Positions 13,829-27,143 of a stretch of 64,000 bases of DNA are shown here, piece after piece. The notes beneath the pieces are model-generated. The model searched no databases and was not told the origin of the DNA. It saw nothing but the letters and a program-made list of their open reading frames with translations. Both the position numbers and the translations under genes were made by a program. Source of the stretch: Prorocentrum cordatum (lineage: Eukaryota); assembly GCA_963575745.1 (NCBI GenBank), contig CAUYUJ010000292.1, forward strand, positions 434,001 through 498,000, read 5' to 3'. Position 1 is the stretch's first letter. The number at the start of each line of letters is the position of its first letter.

Positions 13829-15884
13829 TCCCCCTCCCCCCCTCCTCCTCCTCCTCCTCCTCCTCCTCCTCCTCCTCCTCCTCCTCCTCCCCCTTCCTTT
13901 TTGTGCAAGGGCTATGGCACACGTGTCACTTGTTTGCGCAGATGTTCGTACGATTTCTATGGATCAGACTGGCCAGAGGCGTCATTGCACGATGATCTTC
14001 TTCACGGAAGCGATTTCGTGCGCTTTTTCACTCGAGCGCCAGCAGTGATGCTCGAGGTCGCCACATTCTCAGATCGGACATGTCCCCCTACAAGCGCATC
14101 TTGGACGAAAAAACAAAACACCCAACAAATGTCTAAAAAAATTGACCCCAGACTATGTTTTCACTGTTCTTGAATCTTCCCCTTGTTCGCCATCGCTCGG
14201 ACGTCCATTCCCTGTGCACTTTTCGGTGTCGTGCGTGTCTTTTTTTTTCGCACGAGGAACAAAAATGCTCCTCGATGGCCCTTATCGAGGAAAGATGCAC
14301 ACGCTCGAGCGATGCCGAGCCTGTCGAGGGACACGTCCGACGTGACCACAGCCGCGCCCGACTCCGGGCCGAGCGTTGACTCGGTCGGCCTGCCTGCCTG
14401 CCCCAGCAGAATCACCACCGGAGCCCCGAAACCCCATCTCTCAGGGCCCAGTCGGGCATGTCCCTCTGCAGGAGGGATCTTCAAGCATAGCCAAAAAATA
14501 GTCCGGGGACGTTGTGTGCTTGAAAACTCTGCTTGCCTCGTTGGGCGCTCTCTTTTTTAACTATGTTGACTACTGGGGCGTACTTTGTTGACTAGTTGGG
14601 CGTATTTCGTCCAAAATCCGTCTGCAAGGGGACAGGCCCGACCTGATCCAGGGTCCTTTTGCGAGGCGGCTCGACCTGTGAGGGTCCCGGGCCCCGAGCC
14701 GGGCGCAAAAACGCGTGTTGGAAAAGACAAGTGCAGCGCCAAGATCCGAAGGATCCAGGCCTCCCCAGAAGGCTCGGAAGTAGAAAGATCCGAGAACGTA
14801 AGACAAGAAAAAGAGAAAACAAAACTGCGAGCCAGAAGAAGAAGATAAATAAATAAGAAGAAACTAGAAGCAGAAAAGCAAAATAAGAAGACACGAATTG
14901 AAAGGAAACCGGTGGATAATTTACATCGAAAACTACGGTTAGTTTGCCTCCCTCGGGCCTCCCGAGAAGTTCTCTGAGCCTTCCCCGAAGTCGCGGGGCA
15001 CTCCTCGGAGTGCGCGAGGGCTTCTGAGAAGTCCCGCCGCCTTCTGCGACGGCCTTCTCCTGCCCCTTGGCCCCCTCTCGCTCGCCGCCGAGAGAGGGAT
15101 CGAGGAGGACCGATCGAACACTGTACGCCCTTCTAGTGAGGAAACCACAGAGGGTGCCGATACCGCTACGCCGCGGACCTCTTCCGGGGTGCGTTCTGAC
15201 CAGACTTTCGAGACGAATCCAGCGGTTGCGACGAGGGCCTCGCCTCCCAGGAGGTCCAAACAGGGAAAAACGGGCGAAGGGTAGAGGTAATGGGTACCTT
15301 TTCCTCCTCTGATCTTTTTAGAGGCCTCCTAGATGGGGTCGGAGTACATGGGGTCGGAGGATCGCGCCGCATTGCCGATACACGGCGATGCATCGGTGAT
15401 GCACCGGCGATGCATCGGCGACGCATCGGCGACGTCGGAACCGCATCGGCGACTCCAGCGTGGAGAAAATCACTCTCCACATCGAGCCGCATCGGCGATG
15501 CATCGGCGATGCGGCGCCATTTCCCATACCCCCGACGCCATGTTTTATGTTCAAATAGTTAACGTCGACCTTTTCAAACAACGTCGACCTCCAGAAGTCC
15601 TGGGCCAATTCCGTCGACCTTGTCAAATGACGTCGACCTTCCAACAACGTCGACCCGTTCCCCGGGACCGGCTCCTCGCCCCGAGCCGTGTCCTCACGGC
15701 CCCCGGGCCCTGCGAGGACCCGCCGGAGGCCGAGCAAAAACGAGGAGCCTCCCGCCGCGGTTGCCTCATGGCCCGAGTGGGTCTGGGCCCTCCAGCGGAG
15801 CCCACATCGGAAAATCCCGAGTCGGATCGAATCGGGATCGGAAGCCATCGGGGTCGAATCGAATCGGAGGAGCCGAAATGAGCC

Positions 15885-16870
15885 CTGCCGGGGGCGGGGC
15901 CCTGACCCTGTGAACGCTTCCTTCTTCGGCGCTTCGACAGTGGGCGGCAGGGGGAGGGGGAGGGGGGAGGGGGGTCCGGCTCCAGACCTCTGCTGAGCGC
16001 GACTGCTTGCAGGCGAAGGGAGACTGCGCCAAAGAACAGCCCAGATCTACTCCATGAGTGGGGGGGGAGGCGGGGGGGTGCGAGGGACGCCGCGCCCATC
16101 GGCAAAACAAGGCATAAGAAAACGATCACATCTGGGGGCACCCGGAAAAGTGTCAAAAGAGTGTCGAAACAGTGTCGAAACAATGTCGGGCGAGTGTCTC
16201 CCCAGGCCCGACACGTGAAAACCCTTGAGCTTCGGTACTTTCTCTGGCGCTCGAGATTCTTTCTGGTGGCCAAGGCCAAAGTAGGGAGGGGGGTCTGGCT
16301 CCAGACCTCTGCTCAGCGCGACTGCTTGCAGCAGCTGGGTGCTACGAGGGGAGACTCCACCTGCTCGAGCCAGGCGCCAAAGAACAGCCCAGATCTACTC
16401 CATGAGAGGGGGGGTAGGGGGGGGGGGGGGGGGGCGAGGGCCGCCCGCGCCCATCGGTAAACCAAGGCATAAGAACACGATCACATCTGGGGTTAGGTCG
16501 GGCCTTATACAGGGGGATTTTCGACGAAAAAAAAAACATACCCCAAACATACCTTAAAAACGTCGAGAAACACTCCAAAAAACAATCCCCGGACTATGTT
16601 TGGACTACTGTTGGACTATTTTGGGGGTGTGTCTCATTTCTCGTCGAACATCCACCTGTAGGGGGACAGGCCCGACTTCATCTGGTGGCCTCGGGATGCC
16701 CCCCCGGGGCCCCCGCACGGGGGCGCGGCGGGCGAGTGTCTCCCAGGGCCCGACACGTGAAAACCCTTGAGTTTCGGTACTCTTGTTTTGGCGCTCGAAA
16801 GTCTTTCTGGTGGTCAAGGCCAAGGTAGGTTGGAGCATCATAAGCATAAGACAACGATGGCATCTGGGGG
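15885..16870 (+). repeat. Cluster of a dispersed family (CTCCAGACCTC..AGATCTACTCCATGAG; CCGACACGTGAAAACCCTTGAG)
   Basis: Internal duplicates 15975-16140 vs 16290-16490 and 16185-16285 vs 16730-16830. Another copy at 18113-18372. Confidence 0.8.
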
Positions 16871-17212
16871 CCTCTTGACTGCCCCCCGGGGCCCCTGCAC
16901 GGGGGCGCGGCGGCCCCCCCCTCCCCCCGCGACGGGCGCGGCGGGCGCCCGCCGGGCCTGGCCGGGGGCGGGCAGCCGCCGCGCCGCCGCCGCCGCGAGC
17001 TCCGACGCGGCGCGCTGGGCCCTGCGGACCTCGCCGGGGGGCGGCGGGAGGGGGCCCAGAAGCGAAGCGAGGAGTCGAACCATTTCATTTTTCCCTACCT
17101 AGGCTCTGCCTATAGAAGGGTTCGTACTCTCTAGCTTAAAGGGGCCGGGCAGTGGAAAGCGCCCCGGGCGGCTCCCCCAGTCCCCGCCCAGTGGTTCCCC
17201 CAGTCCCCTGGG

Positions 17213-17594
17213 AGCTTTAGCTTTAGCTTAGCTTTAGCTTTAGCTGAGCTTTAGCTTAGCTTTAGCTTAGCTTTAGCTTAGCTGTAACTTAGCTTTAGCT
17301 TAGCTTTAGCTTAGCTTTAGCTTTAGCTTAGCTTTAGCTTAGTTTTACCTCAAGATTTAGCTTAAGCTTCAGCTTAGCTTTGGCTTAGCGTTAGCTTAAC
17401 TTTACCTCAAGCTTTAGCTCAAGCTTCAATTTAGCTTTGGCTTAGCGTTAGCTTAGCGTTAGCTTGGCTTTAGCTTAGCTTAACTTTAGCTTAGCTTTAG
17501 TTTAGCTTTAGCTTAGCTTTAGCTTAGCTTTATCTTAGCTTTAGCTTAGCTTTCGCTTAGCTTTCGCTTAGCTTTAGCTTAGCTTTAGCTTAGC
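17213..17594. repeat. (TTAGC/TTTAGC)n satellite
   Basis: Read directly; alternating 5- and 6-mers. Confidence 0.97.
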
Positions 17595-17884
17595 CTTACT
17601 GTTACTACTAATGCTGCTTTCCTAGGAGCTCCAACTCCTAGGTAGGGTCGCACTGGGATAATCTTTGTCGGGGCGTCGGATCTCCAGGGAGGCACGTGTC
17701 CGAGGGATGCCAAGCCACGCCCGCTCCCCCTTCTCCTCCTCCTCCGCCTCCGCCTCCGCCTCCTCCTCCTCCTCTTCCTCCTCCTCCTCCTCCTCCTCCT
17801 CCGCCCCCTCCTCCCCCTCCTCCCCCTCCTCGTCCTCCTCCTCCTCCTCCTCCTCCTTCCCCCATCCAAGACGCGACGCCAAGC

Positions 17885-18112
17885 AAGGAGAGCCCCGAAT
17901 CGAATCGAGAAGTCGGATCGGCAATCGAAATGGATCGGATCGGCGGAAATCGGCAGCCGAGTCGGGAAAAGTCGAATCGGCGGAAATCGGCAGGCGAGTA
18001 TGCCTCCAAGAAATAATCGGAGCCCAAATCGGAATCCCAAATCGAATCGAATCGAAATCGGAAGCCATCGAAGTCGAATCGAATCGAATCGGAGGAGTCG
18101 TAATGAGCCCTG
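17885..18112 (+). repeat. Dispersed family C rich in GAATC/GAATCG, ending AATGAGCCCTG
   Basis: Copies at about 5280-5505, 15810-15887 and 17885-18112. Confidence 0.85.
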
Positions 18113-21100
18113 CCGGGGGCGGGGGTCCTGACCTTGTGAACGTTTCCTTCTTCGGCGTTTCGACATTGGGCGGCAGGGGGGAAGGGGGGCGTCTGGCTCC
18201 GGACCTCACTGCTTATAATGCGACTATTTGCAGCAGTGCGCCCTATGGGGGTGACTCCACCTGCTCGAAACAGGCGCCAAAAACAGCCAAGATCTACTCC
18301 ATGAGGGGGGATGGAGGGGGGGGGCGAGGGCCCGCGCCGATCGGCAAAACAAAGAATAAGAAAACGATCACCAACTGTCATGGATTCCAACCGTTCCGGA
18401 CATATTCGGATCATTGCAGTACCAGTCCCAACCGCCTCGAGAGGTCGTTGAGGGAGTCATCTCTATCGCTGCTGCAGCCGTCGACTATCAGATGAACTTG
18501 TCCTAAAATCATGAAAGCTAAACATGTACCATGTGTCATGTGGAAGCTATACACATCCCCCTGTGAAGCTAGACAGTCTCAAAGGACAACGATACAATTC
18601 AATGACCAACGCACCTCCCCATATCAAAGCGTTCGAATTCCAACGCGCAACCAAACACAGCTTTCGTCCGAACCAACTGCAAGCCGCACCAAAATAAGTA
18701 CGCTTCTCACATGACACCTAACTGCAATTATCCTGTGACTCCCATGCATTTTCCAGCTAGATTGCGCCACATTGATTGCACCACCTAGGTTGGAACGCAC
18801 ATGTTGTACTAAATCACTGCTTGGGTTGGGGCCCGCGCTGATTAACATTTGAAAATTCGCAGTTTTCTGATGGACGTACGCGCACCTCATATGAAAACAA
18901 TACCTGTCGGTTGTGAAATCTACGCAGGTCTCAAACGAAAGTTATACAATCTTCATGTGCGAATTGGAAGCCATGAAACTCATACTGCAGTCATACGAAA
19001 CCTATCCAGCTCTCATGCGGTAACCTAGAGCCTCCGTCTGGAAACGTATCGCTGTGAATTTGGAAACTGCACAGCTCATATATGTAATACAGCACACTGA
19101 TATGTACCACTTCCAACTCTGGCACTTATATTGCCTCCCAACACACCCCTTTACAAGCAAGAATTCGATGTGATTTCTGGATAGTGTTAAAACGCTTCAC
19201 GGTTGTAATCCTAGGTAAGGATTGAGATGACGGGTTGGTTGTAATTCGTACCGCCTGGTCAGGGCCCCGTAAACGGAGACGTTGATGAAGCAGGACGATG
19301 GTAAGTTCGAGGAAGCTGCACCGATGGGTCAAGACACTCTTCATTCTTCGGCTTCTCCCGCTGCATCTGGCAACTTCCTGGCGTGCAAGAAACAACTCGG
19401 AACCCGCCGCAAGGCGAGACCCGGAATACTCGCTGGCACACATCCGCGCAAGCCCAAGGGAGACGCAGCCAAGGTTGAATGGACTCGGATTCGCTTGACT
19501 GGGCCACCCGAAATTCACCCCGACCTCCCGCTGCAAACACCTCACCCAAGAATGAACCGTAAACATTCAAGCTGGGATCGTCGAGGAGCGGCGGCAACCC
19601 CGAGTTCTTGCATCGAGTACTCCAGATTTCGTGATAAAGGGCGGGGGGTCTCATTTCGGGGGGGGGGGTCTCTTCCAGGCTATCTTGGAGGGCCTGGGGG
19701 GTCTGGGGACGATGTTTTGGAGGGTTCTCCCACGGGGGAGGTCTGAAATGGCTTGTCTTGGAGGGTCCAGACCCCCTCCCTTTTATTACGAAATCTGGAG
19801 TATCCCCCGACCCATCTTGGAACCCCCAATCGCTGTCCTTCTGTGGTCGGGGGCGCCTGCGCGGCGGGGCCGAGACTGGCTGCAACCATCAGATTGCGTA
19901 CCGCCCCCTGTCGTCCCCATCCTGCCCACTTCGTCCGACCCAGCCACTTGCCATCGCTCGGACGCTCATTCCCCCTGCACGTCTCGGTTTCGTGGATCGT
20001 CGTCCTCGGCACAGCCTGTTGCCGGGGCTTTGCCCCATCCTGGCCTTGATGTGAGGCCCCTCCTTCTGCCCACCTCTCGTCAATTCAAGCTGTGCGCGGC
20101 TCGCTTAGCTTCGACCGGAAGAGGTGCGCTCTCGACCCGCGGATCAAGACATTTCGATTTCGTGCGTTTGATAATTTAGGATGCTCTTCGATTGTCCTCG
20201 CCAAAAAAAACGCACACGTCCGAGCGATGCCAAGGCCATCTTCGACCCCCCGATCGTCGTCCTTGTGTGGTGAGGGCCCGTCTGCGGGTCTGCCACAATA
20301 TGTTCGACCAAATGGGGTCGGAGGATCGCGACGCATCGAGGATGCATGGCGATGGATCGGCGATCTCGGCGTGTATAAGATCGAGCTACACACCGAGCCG
20401 AATCGCCGATGCATTAGCGATGCGGCACGATCCTCCGAACCCACTTGCTCTGGCCTTATTACTCATTGGTCCGAAGAAGTAGGTAGAAACATGAAGTATG
20501 AAGGCGTTGAAAGTAGATTGGGCTTCCGCCCGCCCCCTAAGGAGGGCGGAAACGGTGAAGCCACTCGATCTAGGAGGGCGCTCAAAGTAGGTATATGGGA
20601 ATCCGTAAATAACTACTTTCGACGACCGATTGGTAGGGAGGCCCAGACGATCGTTGCCCTCCTTGGGGCAACAATGAAATACCTATACCTGAGCATTTCT
20701 TAAAGTGAACGGCTCAGGGTGAAACCCATATGGGCTTTTGCACCGCGAAAATCAATGCGTTGTGTGCTTCACCTTTTCCAAATTCAAGCCTCGAACATCA
20801 ATCGAAACGGCACTTCAGATGTCACCCTTTGCCCCTCACCCAAAGGACATGCGCGGTATGAATCACCTCTCGGAGGTCCGCCCGGACTTCTTGGATCTGA
20901 TGGGCCTGTTTTCCACTACCACCGCCACCATAAGTTGGAGGGGGAGGGGGTCCTCCTCCTCCTCCTCCTCCTCCTCCTCCTCCTCTTCGTCCTCCTCCTC
21001 CTCCTCCTCCTCCTCCTCCTCCTCCTTCTCTTGGTCCTCCTCCTCCTCCTCCTCCTCCTCCTCCTCCTCCAACTGATGGTGGTGGTGGTGGTTGGAAACA

Positions 21101-24046
21101 GGCCCATCAGCATCGGCGCCGGACCCCCCCCTCCCTGGCGCGCTCCCCGGGCGCGCCATGGCGGCGCCGTGGGGGGGGCGGCGCCGGAGGGGCGCCGCGC
21201 CGTCGAAGAAGCCCGCGGGGATCTCCTCCTCCTCCCCCTCCTCCTCCTCCCGCTCCTCCTCCTCCTCCTCCTCCTCCTCCTCCTCCTCCTCCTCCTCCTC
21301 CTCCTCCTCTCCCTCCTCCTCCTCCCTCCTCCTCCCCCTCCGTCTCCCCTTCCTCGCCCCTCCCTCCTCCTCCTCCCCCTCCCCCTCCCCTCCTCGCCCC
21401 TCTCCTCCCCCCCTCCTCCTCCTCCTCCTCCTCCTCCTCCTCCTCCTCCTCCTCCTCCTCCTCCCCCTCCCCCTCCGCCCGCTCTGCCCCTCGCCCTCGG
21501 CAGGCACTTCGGGGGGGGGGCCTCCGTGGCCAGGACGGCCGGCAGCTCCCACAGGTTCGGCGAGCACGCGTGCGGGCGCGCCGGGGAGGGCGCGGGCTTC
21601 GACAGCATGGCCCCCGCGGGCGGGCGCGGGGAGGCGGGGCGCCTGCGCGCGCGGGGCGACCAGAGCCACGCCTGCATGTCGAGGCAGCTGGCCGGTTGCG
21701 CTCCGCAGAGGGGGAGGAGGAGGAGGAGGAGGAGGAGGAGGAGGAGGAGGAGGAGGAGGAGGAGGAGGAGGAGGAGGAAGGAGGAGGAAGGAGGAGGAAG
21801 GAAAAAGGAAGAAAAAGGAGCGAGGAAGGAGGCGGATGATGAGGTGGCGGGAGCCCTGCGGTCAGGCACCCTTCCTCGGCGTGCCGCGGCGGGCGGCCCC
21901 AGCGACACGCCGTGCCGTGCGAGCGGACAGCGTGCCGTCCCGCCTCGCACTGCGGGGGAGGCTCGGAGCGCTGAGGCCAGGGTCAGGTCGGGCATGTCCT
22001 ACTGCAGGCGGATTTTGAAGGACAGATCGAACATACTCGAAACATAGCCAACAAATGCCCACACATTCTCGAGAAATCGTCCCTCGGCAAGTTTTTTTTA
22101 ATATATATATATATATATATGTATACATATATGTGAATATTCCTCCTGTAGAGGGACACGCCCAACTTCAGGCTAGGGCGTGGTTCGCGTGTCGCGCCGA
22201 GGTGTGGTGGGCCAGACCTGGCGGAGCGACACGCGCGGCAAGAGTTCCTGACCTGTCCCCTCCTCGGAAGCACCCCGCCCAGCGTGCTCCTCTTCGTTCA
22301 CTCCCTGCCCGTCCCCCCCTCTCGCTTACGTGGGGCGGGTGGCATGCCGACCTCTCCGCTGCCTCGAGGAGGCTTGAGAACGGAGGAGGTTGGAGGACCC
22401 AGGAGGTCTGTGGAGCAAGGGGGTGGAGAAAGAGAAGGTTCGAGGAGGACTGCTCGAACGTTTTGAGGCATTCGTGGGGCCCCTGGACGCCACCTGGGGT
22501 CACGCAGACTGGCTCGGGCAGGGGCACGACAACTGGACGGGTGCTCGGGCACCTCGTGCCCCAGAGCGGCAAGAAGGCCAGAGCAGACTGCAGAGGATGG
22601 AGGGCTCCGGGAACCTTCGAGGGGGCGGAGGAGGGTGAGGACAAGGAGGGAACTCCTTTAAAGGAGGACGCGGCGAAGGAGCTGGAAAGGGGCCAGCGTC
22701 CTCCTCCTCCTCCTCCTCCTCCTTCTCGTCTTACTCCCTCCTCCTCCTCCTCCTTCTCCCTCGTCCTCATCCATCCAGTTTCTTTGTCAGTAGCTCCCCA
22801 ACGTCGCGTCACCAGACGTGTCAACAGGGCGGTCTTCGTGGCACCTGAAGTATTTCCTCACCATGCAAGCTCCTAGAGCTCAGACCAAACCCAGCACTTT
22901 GCACAGGCGGAGGGCGGCACATGTTCGAACTGTGACCCTCGCCTCGGGGTCGTGCGCATTCGTCTTTAAACGTTTCCAACGATCATGACAATGGGCGGGG
23001 GGGCGTTTTCAAACTGTGGCGCTCGCCGTGGCGCCGTACACATGTCACACGCAAATCTCGCACAGTCACAAGGATGGAGGGCGGTTCCTTCTTCGAAAAG
23101 GGTTCTTGCTTGAGACCTCCTGACAGATTACGGCCCGAGGTGGAAAGTTGAGCAACGTATACACGAATGGCGGACTGCTCGTTTTCAAGAGAAAGATCTT
23201 GCTCGAGACGGCTTCAAACCATACAGCCCGAAGTGCTACATTGCGAAACCGGAAAAACTTGGCCATCGCCCGGAACTTTGTCCCACACGCCGACCCGACG
23301 TGCAACATTGTGCAACAAGTACCTGGCTGGAAGGAAGTCCCGTTCCAACACGTTTTCGTCGGCGGCGAGACAGAGGCAGACCGCACCAGCGTGGGGCTCA
23401 TCGGGGCAACCAGTGGGCAAATCGCCCGACGTGCGAGAGAGAGAGAGAGAGACGAAGACGAGGGCGGCCCCGCGAGGGGGGGAGGGGGAAAGCGCTCAGA
23501 CGTGGAAGAGTTCCGCGGTGAGCGGGCCGGAGAGGCCAGCCAGGGCAGCGGCCGGGGCCGGGGCCGGGGCGCAGCCGCGGGCGCTGCCAGGGCGCAGTCC
23601 CGTTCCAACGCGGGGCTATCGACGAATTCGTCCTTCATTTGCTCGGTTCTCCTGCGCTCGTCGTGGCAGCTCCTCTCTCAAAAGCGGGCCCCTCGCCCGA
23701 AGACGGCAGGCCCGTCGGACGCCTCGTCTGTCGAGCCGGGTGCCTGTCGCGGTGGGCAGGGACGCCCGTGGGGACATCTGAGGATGGGGACTGAGGACGG
23801 GAGGGTGTATCGCAGAATCGTTGACGCTTGGCGGCGAGCGGGGGGGGGAAGAGAGAAGGGGCGGGCGTTCTCAGAAGCCTCGGAAGTGCCCCGGCCTCCT
23901 GAGCAGTTGTCCAAGCCTTCCCCGAAGACATGGAGCACTGCTCAGAGGGCGCGAGGGCTTCTGAGAAGTCCCGCCCCTCGCTCGCCGCCGAGTGTACCGC
24001 AGAATCGTCGACGCGCGTCCTGGGGCTATTCTGGCCTCCTACCCGC

Positions 24047-24185
24047 TACGATCGGACTCGATTGGACAGGACACGCGAGAGGATACAAGACCTTTCCGAG
24101 GGCCGCATTGCCACAGGAATGTTGGAAGCATGGGCCGCGAGACACAGGACACGAGGGCACCCTTGACCTCGCTGGGTCCACCTAC
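24047..24185 (+). repeat. Dispersed family H; second copy inside the LINE endonuclease region
   Basis: Colinear with about 54037-54176. Confidence 0.85.
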
Positions 24186-24365
24186 AGTCGGGGCGTTGAC
24201 CTAAGGAACCCTAAATAAGGAACGAGGTCCCTTTTCTCCATAAGTGAAACTTCGATGTCCCATCGAAAACCTTGGGAAAACCCGAGGCAAACTGCTGAAC
24301 ACTCAAGGAACACCGAGCCCCTCCCCAACGAAAAGCGTTCCTTCTTCAAGGCCCCGACTGTACTC
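24185..24365 (+). repeat. Dispersed family G (GTTGACCTAAGGAACCCTAAATAAGGAACGAGG)
   Basis: Copies at about 63028-63205 and 63850-64000. Confidence 0.85.
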
Positions 24366-25376
24366 ATCCGGGCCGACGGTACTTCTCCTGGACGCAGCGC
24401 TGCGGACTGGTTGACGTCCAAATGCACCTGCACACCTCGGACGGGTGGTACGCGACACCCCGCCCTCGCCACAGCCCGAGGCACCCCTAAGGCGGGTGGC
24501 GCGTCTGCCGCTCACGCCACCGCCCGGGGGGCGCGCCGAGGTGGTCAACCACCAGCCTTAGGTCGGGCATACCCCCCTACATGATCAAACGCAGTAGAAC
24601 AGTCGTCCCCATACATTTCTCTCACGTTTGAATGCTCCGCTGGTAGAGGGACGTGCCCGACTTAATCCCAGGGGCGCGCTGAGGTGGCCAACCACCAGCC
24701 TCGGAAGAACCACGCGGGCACTTGACGTCCGGTGGGCCGTCGAGCCGCCGCGGAGGCCGCTTGGGAACAATTTGTGCCCATGGGGATCTTGGCTGAAGTC
24801 GGGCATGACCCTCTCCAGGGGGAATAATCAGAAATCGTCAGAAAGGAGGGGGCGATTGTCTATTATGTTTTATCTCGTTTAGACTACGTTTTAACTATTT
24901 TCTGCTCTTGCAACATCCACCTGCGCAAAGGTCGCCCCGGGCCCAGGCCCGCCCTCGGGCCGCACGGGGCAGAGGGCCCCGCCTCGCCAGCAAGCACGAG
25001 GTCAGCTGGGCGCCAAGAGGATGAAATTCGACGCCCTGGACTTAAAAACTTTTGGGCGCTCCGCGCGGGTTTCTTGGAGCTGCGCTGGACCCCCCTCCCG
25101 GGCGCACGACGCGCACCAGGGCGGGCGCTAGAGGCGCCGCCGGGGAGGGCCCAGCGCGGATCCACAAAGCCCGCGCGGAGCGCCAACATGTTTATGCGCA
25201 TGGCTTTTTTTTGTTCTTCTTCTTCTTCTTCTTCCCTTTCGATGTTCGCCTGACGCCGGCCCCGTGCGAGGGCCCCCCGCCGCACCACCGCGGCGCAGGC
25301 CTGTCGTGGCACGAGGCGCAACACGGGACGCACGCCCGAGGTTCCCCAAGCCCTCCGCGCCCGTTGCGCGCGGATG

Positions 25377-25510
25377 GGGGGCCACATGCGAACCCTACCC
25401 CTACCCCCCACGATTTCTGAGGGGGAGGGTGGGGTTCACTTCGCTCGGTGAACCCCACTCTCCCCCTCAGAAATCGTGAGGGGTAGGGGTAGGGTTCGCA
25501 TGTGGCCCCC
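25377..25510. repeat. Near-perfect foldback (arms about 62 bp, loop 8 nt)
   Basis: Arms differ by one substitution and one indel. Confidence 0.95.
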
Positions 25511-26658
25511 TAGCGGAGCCCCCCCTCCTGGAGGAGGGGAGCAAGCCCGCCCTCCATCACCACCCCCGATGGCCCGCCCTCCACAACCACCCCCCAGACT
25601 GCTTTGGCCAGCTGGCCGCGAGGGCGGTCGGCGAAGGGGCAAGGATGAAAGGGTACTCTTGGGAAGGTCGCCCATCCTTACTATGCGGGTTGGCTGTACG
25701 GCGGGGGTATGGGAAACAGAAACTTTGGATACAGCAAGCGGCTGAAATAAGGAACACGTACTTTTCAAAAGGGGCTCGGCCGTTCCTCAGGTTTACATGT
25801 GCTATTTACAGTTCCTTATGCGTTATGTATTATTTATCTTTCCTTATGCGTCATTCCTCGGGATAAAAAAGGGGCGTCGTTCCTTATTCATTGTTCCTTA
25901 GGTCAGGCCGATGACTGTAAGGAGTCCAGGGTCTGGAAGTCGGTGGAACTCCAACCGTGGATCGGCCACGGACACCGCTGCCGCCCTCATCAGATAAGGA
26001 ACCCCGCAGGGTCTGAAGCCGCCTGGGACCGTCCTTCACCAGCGCCCCCACCGAAACAGAGAATCGGCCCCGCGAGGAGTGCGCAGGGCTTCCAACATGC
26101 GCGATCCCCACGAGAGAGAAAGAGAGAGAGAGAGAGGCGCGGGCGGCCCAGGGCACGGGCCAGACAGAGTTTTCACAATGCCGAAGCCCCCACCCCCAGG
26201 GCCGCACCACGCACTCGCAGCGCCCCACTGCCGAGACTCGGCGAGCTCAAATGAAGAGGCCCTGGGACATACACACACAAACAAATAAACACACACACAA
26301 ATAACAGGATTCCCCATATTTTCTATTTTTTTCTCGGTTGTGTGTTTCCCTCCCACTTCCCATATTTTCCCATATCTTCTGGGGGATCGACGATTCATAG
26401 TGTCTGTGGTTTTGTCCCTCCTGACCAGAGGGGTGCACAACGTGAGCACGGCCTCGCACCAGGGGGGGGGGGGGGGGCACGCGGGCGCAGGCGAGGCCAG
26501 CCTGCTGCAGAGGCCTGCTGGGAGCGGCGGGCGGCTCGAGGGGGAGGGCGGCCAGCTGAGGCGCGAGGGGGTTCGCCGCCTTCTTCGCTGCCCTCCTGCT
26601 CCTCCTCCTCCTCCTCCTCCTCCTCCTCCTCCTCCTCCTCCTCCTCCTCCTCCTCCTC

Positions 26659-26690
<32 letters not shown>

Positions 26691-26952
26691 TCCCCCTCCC
26701 CCTCCCCCTCCCCTCCCCTCCCTCCTCCTCCGTCTTTCTTCCTCCTCCTCCTCTCCTCCTCTCCTCCTGCCTCCTCCTCCGTCTTTCTTCGCCTCCTCCT
26801 CCTCCTCCCCTCCTCATCCTCATCCATCCTCATCCTCATCCTCCTCATCCTCATCCTCATCCTCATCCTCATCCTCATCCTCATCCTCATCCTCATCCTC
26901 ATCCTCATCCTCATCCTCATCCTCATCCTCATCCTCATCCTCATCCTCATCC

Positions 26953-27006
<54 letters not shown>

Positions 27007-27055
27007 GCATCATCCTTCTCCTGCCTTCGCTCGCGTCCCCCCTCCCCCTCCCGTC

Positions 27056-27143
27056 CTGCGGGATGGGCCAGCCGCGCCGGTAGATGAGGAAAGCCGCCTC
27101 CCACGCCTGGCGATCGATGCACCGGTAGAAGGGGTGCAGCTGC
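27056..27143 (-). CDS. Ankyrin-repeat protein, exon F (QLHPFYRCIDRQAWEAAFLIYRRGWPIPQ)
   Basis: Phase-2 join with exon E. Acceptor AG|GCAG repeats donor GG|GCAG. CAG|GA donor. Degenerate ankyrin pattern. Confidence 0.7.

Noticed and set aside
11576..14173. 865-aa ORF and other long poly-P/G/E/R ORFs
   Set aside because: They are open only because GC-rich minisatellites and triplet repeats lack stops, often in several frames at once.
17213..17594. True telomere
   Set aside because: It is internal and lacks the GGG run of TTTAGGG.
19290..19420. Possible RNase H remnant (CTDGS..LPGVQET)
   Set aside because: Spacing is too short, a stop lies just upstream and the later catalytic motifs are missing.
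23100..23435. Complex sequence that may be coding
   Set aside because: Open on both strands with no recognisable motif.
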